49,571 nucleotides of DNA from Octopus bimaculoides (Eukaryota): assembly GCF_001194135.2 (NCBI RefSeq), contig NC_068993.1, positions 44,017,216 to 44,066,786 on the forward strand, in the 5' to 3' direction. The position numbers were made by a program, and so were the translations under genes. This document shows, one piece after another, positions 26,284 through 38,236 of the stretch (positions are counted from its first letter, which is position 1; every line of letters starts with the position of its first letter). The notes under the pieces are model-generated. The model saw nothing but the letters and a program-made list of their open reading frames with translations, was not told the origin of the DNA and ran no database searches.

Positions 26284-26650
26284 CTCCCACCGTGGAGGCG
26301 CAATGGCCCAGTGGGTCGCGGTTTCGATTCCAAGACCGGGCATTGTGAATGTTTATTGAGCGAAAACACCTAAAGCTCCACGAGGCTCTGGCAGGGGATG
26401 GTGGCGAACTCTGCTGTACTCTTTCACCACAACTTTCTCTCACTCTTACTTCCTGTTTCTGTTGTGCCTGCAATTCAAAGGGTCAGCCTTGTCACACTGT
26501 GTCACGCTGAATATCCCCGAGAACTACGTTAAGGGTACACGTGTCTGTGGTGTGCTCAGCCACTTGCACGTTAATTTCACGAGCAGGCTGTTCCGTTGAT
26601 CGGATCAACTGGAACCTTCGACGTCGTAAGCGACGGAGTGCCAAAAAAAA
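26284..26650 (+). mobile_element. tRNA-headed SINE, third family
   Basis: GC-rich, with head ggaggcgcaatggcccagtgg and ggtttcgattcc (A/B-box-like); ends cgtcgtaagcgacggagtgcc followed by an A run. Confidence 0.7.
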
Positions 26651-27342
26651 AAAGACAAAACTTATCCANNNNNNNNNNNNNNNNNNNNNNNNNNNNNNNN
26701 NNNNNNNNNNNNNNNNNNNNNNNNNNNNNNNNNNNNNNNNNNNNNNNNNNNNNNNNNNNNNNNNNNNNNNNNNNNNNNNNNNNNNNNNNNNNNNNNNNNN
26801 NNNNNNNNNNNNNNNNNNNNNNNNNNNNNNNNNNNNNNNNNNNNNNNNNNNNNNNNNNNNNNNNNNNNNNNNNNNNNNNNNNNNNNNNNNNNNNNNNNNN
26901 NNNNNNNNNNNNNNNNNNNNNNNNNNNNNNNNNNNNNNNNNNNNNNNNNNNNNNNNNNNNNNNNNNNNNNNNNNNNNNNNNNNNNNNNNNNNNNNNNNNN
27001 NNNNNNNNNNNNNNNNNNNNNNNNNNNNNNNNNNNNNNNNNNNNNNNNNNNNNNNNNNNNNNNNNNNNNNNNNNNNNNNNNNNNNNNNNNNNNNNNNNNN
27101 NNNNNNNNNNNNNNNNNNNNNNNNNNNNNNNNNNNNNNNNNNNNNNNNNNNNNNNNNNNNNNNNNNNNNNNNNNNNNNNNNNNNNNNNNNNNNNNNNNNN
27201 NNNNNNNNNNNNNNNNNNNNNGGTTGCACGTTTCTCAAAGTTTCTTATTTTTTATGACGAAAAATAATTAGTTAAATTAATTTTACTTTGTTCTCTCTTA
27301 CAATTAATATTATCTTCTTCACTTTCTTCCTTATTTCGTTTC

Positions 27343-27430
27343 TTCTTCTTCTTCTTCTTCTTCTTCTTCTTCTTCTTCTTCTTCTTCTTCTTCTTCTTCT
27401 TCTTCTTCTTCTTCTTCTTCTTCTTCTTCT
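27343..27430. repeat. (CTT)n microsatellite
   Basis: Read directly. Confidence 0.95.
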
Positions 27431-27488
27431 ATTAGGTGGTCCACTCTTTCTATCCCATCGTTGCAGTATCGGCACTTTGGGTCTACAC

Positions 27489-27489
<1 letters not shown>
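27431..27489 (-). mobile_element. 59-bp RLE retrotransposon zinc-knuckle fragment (GVDPKCRYCNDGIERVDHLI)
   Basis: Matches the CxxC...E.xDH zinc-knuckle motif; sandwiched between (CTT)n and (ATT)n. Confidence 0.65.

Positions 27490-27548
<59 letters not shown>
27490..27548. repeat. (ATT)n microsatellite
   Basis: Read directly. Confidence 0.95.
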
Positions 27549-27561
27549 TGGTGTTGTTGTT

Positions 27562-27835
27562 AAGGCGGTGAGCTGGCAGAAACGTTAGCATGCTGGGCGA
27601 AATGCTTAGCAATATTTCGTCTGCCGCTACGTTCTGACTTCAAATTCCGCCGAGGTCGACTTTGCCTTTCATACTTTCGGAGTCGATAAATTAAGTACCA
27701 GTGAAACACTGGGGTCGATGTAATCAACTAGTCCCTTCCCCCAAAANNNNNNNNNNCCAGTGAAACACTGGGGTCGATGTAATCAACTAGTCCCTTCCCC
27801 CAAAATTTCAAGGCCTTGTGTCTTCAGTAGAAATG
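27562..27835 (+). mobile_element. SINE, abundant family, upstream of exon 28037-28263
   Basis: aaggcggtgagctggcagaaacgttagc...; a 49-bp block is duplicated across the 10-N gap. Confidence 0.88.
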
Positions 27836-28036
27836 ATTATTATTATTATTATTATTATTATTATTGCTTTTCTCTTGTTTTTTTTTTCTTCTCTATTCTT
27901 TCATTAACCTTCTTTACATTCATTTCCGTACTCACTCATTCACTCTCTGTCACTCACTCACTCATTCGTTCTTTCATTTACACATTCACTCTTTCTTTCA
28001 TTCTCTCAACCTTCTGTTTCTATGTGAGTATTACAG

Positions 28037-28263
28037 GAATTCGGTGTGAACCTTGTAGTCGAACAAGAATGGATTGACCATCGACTTAATTTCTATAACC
28101 TGATCGACAGTGAGGTACTTGAGCTGGACGTGAAAATGATGGACGAATTGTGGGTCCCTGACATCTATATCTCCAATGAAAAAGTGGCCACCTTCCACAC
28201 GGTCACCGTTCCTAACAAAATGATGCACCTTTACCAAAACGGAAAAATTATCTACAGAAACAG
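28037..28263 (+). CDS. Cys-loop anion channel exon (227 bp), loops D, A, E: EFGVNLVVEQEWIDHRL...LWVPDIYISNEKVATFHTVTVPNKMMHLYQNGKIIYRN(R)
   Basis: Acceptor attacag, donor AG|gtatga. Carries the WxDxRL, WxPD and NEK...FHxVTxxN motifs of GlyR/GluCl extracellular domains. Confidence 0.96.
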
Positions 28264-28276
28264 GTATGATAATAAC

Positions 28277-28489
28277 TCTTTCTATTGTAGACACAAGGCC
28301 TGAAATTTGGGGAGCGGTGCTAGTCGATTGTCAACCATAGATCTTAACTGGTACTAATTTTATCGACCTCGAAAAGATAAGACGCAAAGTATACCTCGGC
28401 GGAATTTGAATTCAGAACGTAAAGAGGGATGAAATGCCGGCAAGCATTTTGTCCTGTTTGCTAACTATACTGCCAGCTCGCCACCTTAA
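28277..28489 (-). mobile_element. SINE, abundant family, antisense, starting 14 nt after the donor of exon 28037-28263
   Basis: Reverse complement aaggtggcgagctggcag...ttctgaattcaaattccgccgagg...aggccttgtgtct. Confidence 0.88.
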
Positions 28490-29037
28490 AGAGGTATGAT
28501 AAAGCACTGAATATTTTCATCGTCTTGACCGCCTTATTGCATAAGGACTTGAGACATTTACCTAGAGGGGGAAGGAACTTAGGAATCTCGAGATTCAATT
28601 TGAAACACAATAATTGCGGCTTATATTTTTGTTGTTTTAAAATAGATTAAACAATTATGGTTTGAATGTATTTGGTTTTATCTATGCTCTGTCAGCGCTG
28701 ACCTGAGTTTAAACAACGACCATCACTATTAGTATCATCACATCATCACCATCATCGTCGTCGTAAAAAAAGAAAAGTCGAATTAAATGTCTGTGAAACT
28801 CTGAACTCCCAAAGACTGTGGTTCACGGGGTTGGCATGATTTCAACCATCAGTTTGCTCAACTAGAGATGACCTTTTGACTAAACCACCTTCGCTACCAT
28901 TAGCATCATTAGTACTAGCTTCATTACCATCACCTTTCATTACCAATATTGTGATTACTAATATCATCACCATGGTTACTATCACCTTCTCCCTACCATT
29001 ATTATTACAAACACCATCATTATCAGCACTAATAGAA

Positions 29038-29267
29038 CCACCACCACCACCACCACCACCACCANNNNNNNNNNNNNNNNNNNNNNNNNNNNNNNNNNNN
29101 NNNNNNNNNNNNNNNNNNNNNNNNNNNNNNNNNNNNNNNNNNNNNNNNNNNNNNNNNNNNNNNNNNNNNNNNNNNNNNNNNNNNNNNNNNNNNNNNNNNN
29201 NNNNNNNNNNNNNNNNNNNNNNNNNNNCACCATAACCACCACCACCACCACCACCACCACCACCACC

Positions 29268-29330
<63 letters not shown>
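29038..29330. repeat. (CAC)n-(CTA)n microsatellite spanning an N gap
   Basis: Read directly. Confidence 0.9.
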
Positions 29331-29971
29331 GTTGATGTTGCTGTTGCTGCGACCCGTACAGTTACCATTATCATTAGCACCACTACTACTATTTCCACTA
29401 CTAGCACCACCACCTTTACTACAATATCACTACCACTGTCATCAATGGCATCACCATAACTACTACCATAATCAATATCACTACAACCACTATAACTATC
29501 ACCATTACCACCACTACTAATAGCTGTTATATTTATCTCTTGGAAGGAAAATGCCTAAATGCCCAAGGGAGAGAAAAAGAAAGCGAAAGAGAGAAAGTAA
29601 AGAGTGAAACCAAGTACTTTATGGTATTTAGTCCTTGGCATCATTGTTCCAAGTTCAATATCCCAATTACTTTGTCAGTTTTCATCAAACCAATCTCCAT
29701 AGAAGCAAATACCAATAATGTACCGTCACCACCTACTCAATTTTAAATTCTAATTAAGTTTAATAAAAAGATGTTTAGTTAGTGCCGTAGAACAAGATGC
29801 ATTCTCCATATAAGATGTGTCCATAAATCGATTTCGATGTCGTTCGAATCGAATTCACTTCCCTGGCGTTGTTGACGTTCCTGAGAAAGATCCGGATACA
29901 CCAAACTTACATTCTCCGCCCGATGGAATTTGTTGCTAAGTACGAATGTCGTTATTATCGATGTACACCAC

Positions 29972-30175
29972 AAAGCGGCGAGATGAGAGAATCGTTAGTG
30001 TGTCGGACAAAATGCTTAGCAGTATTTCTTCCGGCTCTTTACGTTCTAAGTTCAAATCCTGCGGAGGCCAACCTTGCATTTCGGCCTTTCGGGTTCGATG
30101 AAATGACGCAACAGTTAAGTACTGGGGTCGATTATATCGACACCCCTCCTCTCCAGAATTCCTGACCTTGAGGAT
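29972..30175 (+). mobile_element. SINE, abundant family
   Basis: aaagcggcgagat...aaaatgcttagcagtatttc...gttctaagttcaaatcc...ctggggtcgatt. Confidence 0.78.
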
Positions 30176-31261
30176 TATCAATGTACACAAGAAGTAATAA
30201 ATTGTTAGAGTGGGGAAACTTACTGTTTCTTCTCGCTGTCTTCTGTATTGCAGCTACAATGGCCTCTGTTCCTTGGAGATGGGTGATTTCGTACGCATCC
30301 TCTGAGATCCACCAGAGTCACTCGTCTCTTTGCATATCGTTATCCATATCATGTTCAACTTCAAATATTACAACAATCACTGAGCCCATTCCCTCTTCCT
30401 CGGAAAGTTCACCTTTGAGGATACCCGTCTCATCTCTAGCTTTTCTGCAGCTATCAGTTTGTAACTGTTCAAAAGTATTTACAACATCGCTCTGTGAATG
30501 CCGGTGAAGGCCATGAATACAGTTTATTCCTCCAGACTAAACCAATAACGCTTATAAAGCGGCGACATCTTGTACAAACACAAGTAATTCCATAGCACGA
30601 AATCCTTATCATTTTTGCTTGTCAGAAATGACATCAGCTATCTCCATCTCTCTAATTTAAGTGATCAATTAGTCAAATAATTAATTAATTCGTCACCCAA
30701 TTCATTAAGCAATGAAACCAATTACTAATGAAAATTTCACTGGCACTTAATCTTGTTTTGTGCCAAGAAAAGTGTAATTTGTTCCATAGTTCTCTATATC
30801 TTTCGTGTTGCAGTGAACGCCATAATAGAAGAGGTAAATTTCTCAAGAACTTAATCGAGCCTGTCATCCGTTTCCTGATTGAAACCATTTCACCTCAATA
30901 ACTTTATTGATTTTCTATTTTCATTCTAATAAAAAAAAACCGACTTTGGCTCCATGCTTTTATTATTTATGTACACTAATTAATATTTGAGCTTCTCGTT
31001 AAAAAATCATTTTAAAATGATTTGACAATCAGAATCGTTTCTTGACAATTTCCGTGATTTAGCATATTTTCCGTAAATCGGTTATTGAGGACTTCTGTAC
31101 TTAAAGTAATTATTGACCAAGGAAGAATAGTTCTTATAAACTTATACTATCTTGTATATTTGCTTATTCACGGTTTATTCACGGTTTATACAGAAAATAG
31201 GGATACATATATGAAAGTTAAACGTAACGATTAACTGCCGGTAACTTTATTTTTTTAACAG

Positions 31262-31344
31262 AATATCGCTCAGAGCCTCATGTCCCATGCAACTTCAAAA
31301 ATACCCAATGGATCAGCAGATTTGTTACCTTCATTTGCAAAGCT
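31262..31344 (+). CDS. Cys-loop exon (83 bp): (R)ISLRASCPMQLQKYPMDQQICYLHLQS(F)
   Basis: Not in the ORF track; found by eye. Acceptor tttattttttttaacag-like T-rich tract ending aacag, donor T|gtaagt. C-x13-C signature CPMQLQKYPMDQQIC. Phases 2 to 1 fit both neighbours. Confidence 0.96.
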
Positions 31345-32087
31345 GTAAGTTACATTGATATTTTATCGTTACATCATAATCATTCTGTTTCATTTATCTA
31401 CACAATACATATATTTTATAAGTTAATCAGGGACAAAGCTGGAGTACTTACCTATGACCTTTTCTAAGCCTCCTTGACTAGTGGAACTAACTCGACTAAT
31501 GACTGGTTTCAGTATCTGCAGGTCAGATACTAAAAAATGTAGACGAGGAGAGAACTGGTGAGTCTCTGGATCGAATGCTTGCAATGGCATGAACTCTGTT
31601 AAAAACATACTAAGGATCGCATGGCGGTGTCAAATGGAATGCATGTTAAACCTATCACTCAAAACAAGTGGTACTATGAAGTCAAGAAACATACTCTATG
31701 ACATCAAATTAGTCCCAGTTTCAATGGTCAAGGTGAGATACGTCTCATATATCTATTTGTCTTATTACAGTCCTCAATATAATTTATGACACTGCTTACC
31801 TCTTAAATTGGACTTCATAATCTTTGTCATTTCTTCCTGTAGTCTATACCACATACAGATATTTGATATTCGTCCAAATGATAGCTGTCTTGTTGTCTTC
31901 TACTCACATTCGTCTACAAGACTTATGCCATACAGACATTTCAGTCCCATTAATGTAAATGACTTGCCTCGCAGCAGGTATGTGATACTTTTACTGTTTG
32001 GAAAACACCCTACATTGTCTAATTGAGACGTATCTCCACATTTACTAGCAGAAAAATGCTACAGTCTATGTGACACACCTACCTCCT

Positions 32088-32481
32088 GGACTTCAGACTT
32101 TTTGGCATGGCTGTTTTGGTGTCGCTGATTCGACGCTGATTTATTTGACATTAGACTTTTCAATGTTTCTCTCTTTCGCTCCCCTTCTCTCTCTCTTTCT
32201 CTCTCCGTGTGTTTATGTGTGTCAGCATATTTCTATATGTGTATGATGAGAGGAAAAGTGTTTATATCAATCGTGTTCAATTAATAAATTACAATCTCTC
32301 TCTCTCCCTCCCTTCACTCTCTCACTCACACTCTTTCTAGTTGTATGTGTATACATCTGCGCCTGCATTCGTGTGTATATGAGTGTTTTTGGCTCCAGTG
32401 CCAAAACGTACTGTTGCCAAAGAGGCTGAAGTTCCCGTCAGCGGTGCCAAAGCATCTGCGTCCAAACAGCTGATTGTCTCA
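32088..32481. mobile_element. Interspersed MITE-like repeat (second copy about 42310-42656)
   Basis: Imperfect inverted ends built on gccaaaac motifs. Shares blocks such as tatttgacat.agac, ccaaaa.gtactgt, gcgtccaaacag and gtctcatt with 42310-42656. Confidence 0.55.
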
Positions 32482-32734
32482 TTTTGTTACCCCTCTTATG
32501 GTAAAAAAAATTTCCACTAACTTACTGCAACATAATTTCTACCAGACAGGAAGATTGTCTTGGTGTAACGTACGTCCAAAATTTACCCCAACGAAACAAG
32601 TTTCACACTGCCTTGATGTGTCAGACAGACATCCGAATCCTCTATGTGACAGGTCTTACACTCCCTTGCTGTGATTGCTTCTACACCCATATTCAGTTTA
32701 TCATATTGTGTGCGTATATGTTCTCTCGTTACAG

Positions 32735-32881
32735 TTGCTTATACAGAAAAAAGGCTACAATTCCATTGGAACGACAACCGTGACAAAGCGCTGCAAATGA
32801 TCAAAGCCGTCCACATAATGCCACAGTTTGAAATCACTAAATGGTCCATATGTGACTGCAATAGCATCATGAATAATGAAG
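32735..32881 (+). CDS. Cys-loop channel exon (147 bp), loops B, F and start of C: AYTEKRLQFHWNDNRDKALQMIKAVHIMPQFEITKWSICDCNSIMNNE(E)
   Basis: Acceptor ttctctcgttacag, donor G|gttagt. T+TT restores SFAYT, and the exon has LxFxW and MPQF motifs. Confidence 0.93.
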
Positions 32882-33256
32882 GTTAGTGTAAATAATTCTT
32901 CATACTTTTTTCGTTCCTTGAAAATCTTTGGCAAAAGGAATACAAGATCAGCCAACGTTTTTACTATAAATAGATCTGATGTTTATACAAAGAAAAACAA
33001 GACAGTGTTAAATCTTTCAAAAAAACAAAACAAAAAAAAAGTCTTATTTGAATAATGTCAACTTCAGCAAAATATGTAACAGCAACAGCAATGGCAGCAG
33101 CAACAGGAATAATAATGAGCTAAAAAGGCTCTGCATTTTTGCTCAACCTGCTAAGAACAGAAAAAAAAATCAAATCTTTCTCACATCTCCCCCACCATCT
33201 TAAAAAAAAAATGGAAAGGCACATTAGGTAATATGTGGCCGTGATGAAAATGAGGA

Positions 33257-33259
33257 TGG

Positions 33260-33314
<55 letters not shown>

Positions 33315-33320
33315 AATGAT
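33257..33320. repeat. (GAT)n microsatellite
   Basis: Read directly. Confidence 0.92.
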
Positions 33321-34049
33321 GAAAATAGAAATAACTAAGTCATTCTCAAATTACTCCTACCATCTTTAACAAAAAATAAACGGAAGCATTTGATGATATG
33401 ACCCTAGATACATTTGTATGAATAATATAGCAAAAATGATGATGATGATGATGATAATAGCAACGGTGATGGTGGCAGTGGTGGTGGTGATTGTAGTAAT
33501 GATGTTGATGCTGATGATGATCATCACGAGAAAAAAAATTTGCAGTAACAGACAGAAGATGGAAATATAAAGACACACATAGATTTGCTGCCATAAAGCA
33601 AAGCAAACAAAAAAAAGAAGAAAAAAGAAATCATTTGCAATAAACCCCCATCAGGACAGCAATCACAATAAGCAGATAATAATATATTGTTGCATAAACG
33701 AGTGTTAACAGAAGACGTTAAAAATGGCTTCTTTTTAAATGGAAGCAATAATCCTAAACATAAAAATAAAAAAAATGACGTGAAAAGTAATGAGAAAAAT
33801 CAAGAATACAAAGTAAGAGTTTTGTAAGTCTTTAAAAAAAATAATGAATAATTATTATCTCTGCAATAGCTACACCAATCGTTGAAAAATTGAGGTATAT
33901 GATGATAAAGTATGTGAAGATGCAGATTTATACAGAAAATACGTGGTGAAAGAGCTCACAGTTGAGTGAGCGAACGTGAGATGCCGAACATTTCAAAGGA
34001 GTCGATATCTATATTGCATGTTTATTTATACTATGGAAAAAAAGGCAGA

Positions 34050-34200
34050 AATGTTTCAGAGAGGAGGTAGTCGATTACATCGAACCCTCGGCTCAACTGG
34101 TACTTATTTTATCGACCTCGAAAGAATGAAAGGCAAAGTTGATCTTGGCGGTATTTGAACTTAGAATGTAAAGAGCCGGAAGAAATATTGCTAACTATCT
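34050..34200 (-). mobile_element. SINE, abundant family, 5'-truncated
   Basis: gtcgattacatcga...caactggtacttattttatcgacc.cgaaagaatgaaaggcaaagt. Confidence 0.75.
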
Positions 34201-34353
34201 GTCATCTCCTCACCTTATCTAGACTGAATATCGAAGCCAAAATGGGAGTAAAGGACTAAAAGCCACTAGCGGTAGTCGAACGTGTCGGACATGTTGATTG
34301 GTCGAATATGACTAGGTCATAGCCCTGTTATCAGATCTTCCCCCAACCATTTG

Positions 34354-35357
34354 TACAATAGGATCTTTTCTGTTTGGTTGCCAGCGGCTGTCAGCGTCAA
34401 TTTTCTGTTCCAATTGATTTCATATTCAGTGTAATAATACACTTTTATAGGCTAATTAATGACGTGCAAGTAATTTTCGCTATAACTCAATAAATAAGAA
34501 GTTATTAGCAATTAAAGATTGAAAATTTTGGTCATTTTAGCCAATCGAGAGCCACAGGCATATTCATGTCTGTTTCGATAGTAACAAGCAGAAACATGAG
34601 AACTTTTTTGCTTGTTGCCATAGTAACAGTCTTTGGAAAGTCTTTTATCTGTGAGGAAGTACATGTTAACAGCGGTCTTTGAAAAGTTATTTTATCTGCG
34701 AGGAAGCACGTGTTGACAAATGTTTGTTTACTCGTTTCTTTTTGTCATTGGGCATTGAGGTGGTTGTGAGATGTGCTGAAAATAGCAGCTACATAAGATT
34801 TTTTGGATAAATCTTTTAAGCTAAGGTTTATTTACCAACGTCTCACTCAGAGATTTAAAACTGTTTTTCTCTTTTAAATTAGTATAAACATTTATTTACA
34901 TCAAAGTTAAATTACCGGAGAACTTTCATCTAATTCTTCTAAGCCTTTCTGTTAAAAATTGTAGTCTGCTTATCGCATGTAACGTGTTGTTTATCGCATT
35001 TGGCGGTTGTGAGGTGTGCTAAAAATAACAGCTAAATAAGATTTATTTACACGAAAGAAAATTACCGAAGACATAACACGTGCTGTTTACAAATATTGAC
35101 AACACGTGCTATTTTCAGGATGTTGACGACAAAATATGCAGTCACGCACAAAATGACAGCTTCCAAATCCTGTTTCCTGACTGGGTGAAGATGGTCAAAC
35201 TTTAAACCTCTATAACTTTTTAAAAGCATTTTTTAGGAAAAAAAAACTCCAGCAGTTCAGTTTGTGCAAATGTTTTATTGCACCAAATTTAAAAATTTTC
35301 GACAAACTTTAATTTTTGGACCCGTTAGCAACTAAACAGAAAAAATCCTTACAAATA
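34354..35357. mobile_element. About 1-kb non-autonomous TIR DNA element
   Basis: aggatcttttctgtttggttgccagcgg (34360-87) matches the reverse complement of 35322-49 at 24/28. Internal direct repeats; no transposase ORF seen. Confidence 0.65.
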
Positions 35358-36699
35358 TACCACATGAAGTGAAGATTATCTCGCATAGATGTTTTCTGAT
35401 TCTGCAAATCTGTACGGTCTGACAACACAAAAGAACAACTGCAATAACACCAGAAATTTTAAACTCAATCTTTCACATAAATTAACGACGGTAACTTTTT
35501 TTTTCTTTCTGGTTGTGCCCTTCGGCAAAGCAATCACTCCCTTGATCATACAACAGCTTTTTATCATTGTTGCTTCTGGGTTAACAATTGTGATACACAC
35601 CAATAACGACAGGAGCGAACAAATCTGTGAGTTTGAATAAATATCACAGAACAGACGATAGTTGACGATAGCAGTCTCAGCGATCTGATCCTCGCATCAT
35701 CCAAATCATGATAACTTCGTATTTTACAACGGCAAAAATAATATATGTTTCAGTTAAGGAATAATCAGTTAAGCAGAACCCAGTACTAGATTGATATTTT
35801 TTTTGTCATCCCTAGAAAGATGAAAGGGAAAACGGCGAGGAAAGATTTTGGACACAGAACGTAAACTATATACAGCAAAGCATTTAATCGTGATGGTGGT
35901 GGTGAGGATGATGATGACGGTGGCGGTGGTGGTGGTGATAATGGTATTGTCGACTATTAGTAGTATTAGCATTGTTGCTATTACAACCATTTTTGCTAAT
36001 GGTCCTTTCTTTCTTTCTATAAGTATTAGCTTAATGCTTATACGCTCAGGAATATACATATCCAAATATTTGTCTGCATGTACGCATATATGTGAGTGTC
36101 TATGTATGTATGTCTGTGTGCATATGCGTGTATTTGCGTACGCGTACGTGTGTGTGCGTGTGCGTGTTCGTGTGTGTGTACGCGCGCGCGTGTATACACA
36201 CAATCTAGTTTCACGCACTATATGAATAAAGAATATATTAAGAATTTTCTGCCATTATGGCACCACTCTTTTAATCTGTTTTATCTATGCTCGAATGATA
36301 TTATCAATGAATACACTCGAGACCAAACTCAGTGTAAAGCATTTAATGTTCAATGTATGAACACCATTAAGAACAATAACGATTTGAAAATTAGAGAGCT
36401 TTTACTGACTTGTTACTACGTATCATTATATTCTATATTCTATATCCAAGTCACTTGTTGATAGTCATGCAGTATATTTGTCACGAATGTATATATATTT
36501 GTGTATGTGCGTTTCTTTATATGTGTATAAGTATTTATAGGTGTATGCATAACCTGTTATATACTCGATTCATTGGTGACTATGTTGGTACCTGAACAGA
36601 GTATCCCGGTGAGGAAATTTACTAGAAACCAAGCATGACCGAACAAAAAACAAAAAATAAAACTACTCATTAAAAGACAACCAACATAGAATCAACCGC

Positions 36700-37060
36700 T
36701 GTTTAGCAATAATGTGCGCGGACATAATGACATTCGAGATGATGATCAAACGTACAATAAGATCACTGACAGGTGTGAAAAATGGATACACTTAGAATCC
36801 ATTAACCATAGTGATGGCAGCTTGTCTGCAAGGGTGTTATGTCGAGTAAAACTCTGACAGGTTCAGCCAATGTAATATTTGATCTGCAACAATTTGTAAT
36901 AACTTAGTATCTGCTTTGTATTTTTGAATTTTATCTATGATCAAGTGTGGTGCTATGCAAACCATATCTTTCATTACGGATACCTCAAGCTTATCCCTGT
37001 AGAGGTGTTCCTTGTTAACCTAGATGTCATTTTGAGGCTCATTAATACGTAATACTTATA
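36700..37060 (-). mobile_element. Possible highly degenerate CR1/L2-type RT fragment
   Basis: Minus strand KDMV...KIQKYKADTKL, loosely YADDTK, and a later SKCIHF; weak. Confidence 0.3.
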
Positions 37061-37850
37061 CTTATAGTCTGGCCTCGAAAACATACCCTAACATGCTTGA
37101 AACGACGGCGCTATTTTAGGCGCACCTCAGCGCATCAAGCAGCTGCACCACGGCTGTTTGTATTTCTGGCCGTACTGCTTGGGCCGTGACACGAATGTTA
37201 GGCTACACGTCCGCTGGCACTCGTTTCCACCTCATGTTCTAATGTTCATTTCGTGGTGTTCAGCTGATTGGCATGTTTCCTTTGAGTCGTTCCTTACTGA
37301 GTGTCCGAGTCGACCAGTACGAATTTTGAGTGAACTTCCATCATATATATNNNNNNNNNNNNNNNNNNNNNNNNNNNNNNNNNNNNNNNNNNNNNNNNNN
37401 NNNNNNNNNNNNNNNNNNNNNNNNNNNNNNNNNNNNNNNNNNNNNNNNNNNNNNNNNNNNNNNNNNNNNNNNNNNNNNNNNNNNNNNNNNNNNNNNNNNN
37501 NNNNNNNNNNNNNNNNNNNNNNNNNNNNNNNNNNNNNNNNNNNNNNNNNNNNNNNNNNNNNNNNNNNNNNNNNNNNNNNNNNNNNNNNNNNNNNNNNNNN
37601 NNNNNNNNNNNNNNNNNNNNNNNNNNNNNNNNNNNNNNNNNNNNNNNNNNNNNNNNNNNNNNNNNNNNNNNNNNNNNNNNNNNNNNNNNNNNNNNNNNNN
37701 NNNNNNNNNNNNNNNNNNNNNNNNNNNNNNNNNNNNNNNNNNNNNNNNNNNNNNNNNNNNNNAATATATTTATATATATATATATATATATCTTTGTGTG
37801 TGTGTGTTAAATGAAACCGTTTTTAAAACCCTGTAATTTTATTATTTCAG

Positions 37851-38236
37851 AAAGATTCTCCTGTTTAAGAGCTGAATTTCATTTGAAGAGAAATATGGGT
37901 TTCTACATTCTCAACATATACTGTCCATGTTCATTGACCGTCTTGGTATCATGGTTTTCATTTTGGCTAAACATAGACGCTGTCCCTGCCCGCACATCAT
38001 TGGGTGTTCTCACAGTGTTAACGATGACCAGTCAAACGGCTGCAGCCGTCTCCGCTCTTCCCAAAGTTTCTTACATCAAAGCTATAGATATCTGGATGGC
38101 TATCTGTCTCATATTCGTCTTTCTCGCACTTCTAGAATATGCTGTGGTCAACGTTTTGAATCGCAGAGAGATCAAACGGTATTTAAGAAACCGTCCTTTG
38201 CAGATGGACCCAGAGAAAGTTTCGCTAGCTGTTTTT
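37851..38236 (+). CDS. Cys-loop anion channel exon (386 bp), end of loop C plus M1-M2-M3 and start of the intracellular loop
   Basis: Acceptor ttttattatttcag, donor TTT|gtaagt. RFSCLRAEFHLKR, then M1 (YILNIYCPCSLTVLVSWFSFW), M2 (AVPARTSLGVLTVLTMTSQ), LPKVSYIKAIDIW and M3 (LLEYAVVN). The PAR motif indicates anion selectivity. Confidence 0.97.

Noticed and set aside
27698-27805. 49-bp direct duplication of the SINE tail around a 10-N gap
   Set aside because: Identical sequence on both sides of a gap is typical of unmerged contig overlap; treated as an assembly artefact.
35376-35640. Overlapping short hydrophobic ORFs on both strands
   Set aside because: No recognisable domain or splice context; AT-rich composition explains the hydrophobicity.
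37200-37330. Minus-strand RKHANQL resembling a Gypsy integrase C-terminus
   Set aside because: A single short motif with stops and no other LTR-element evidence.
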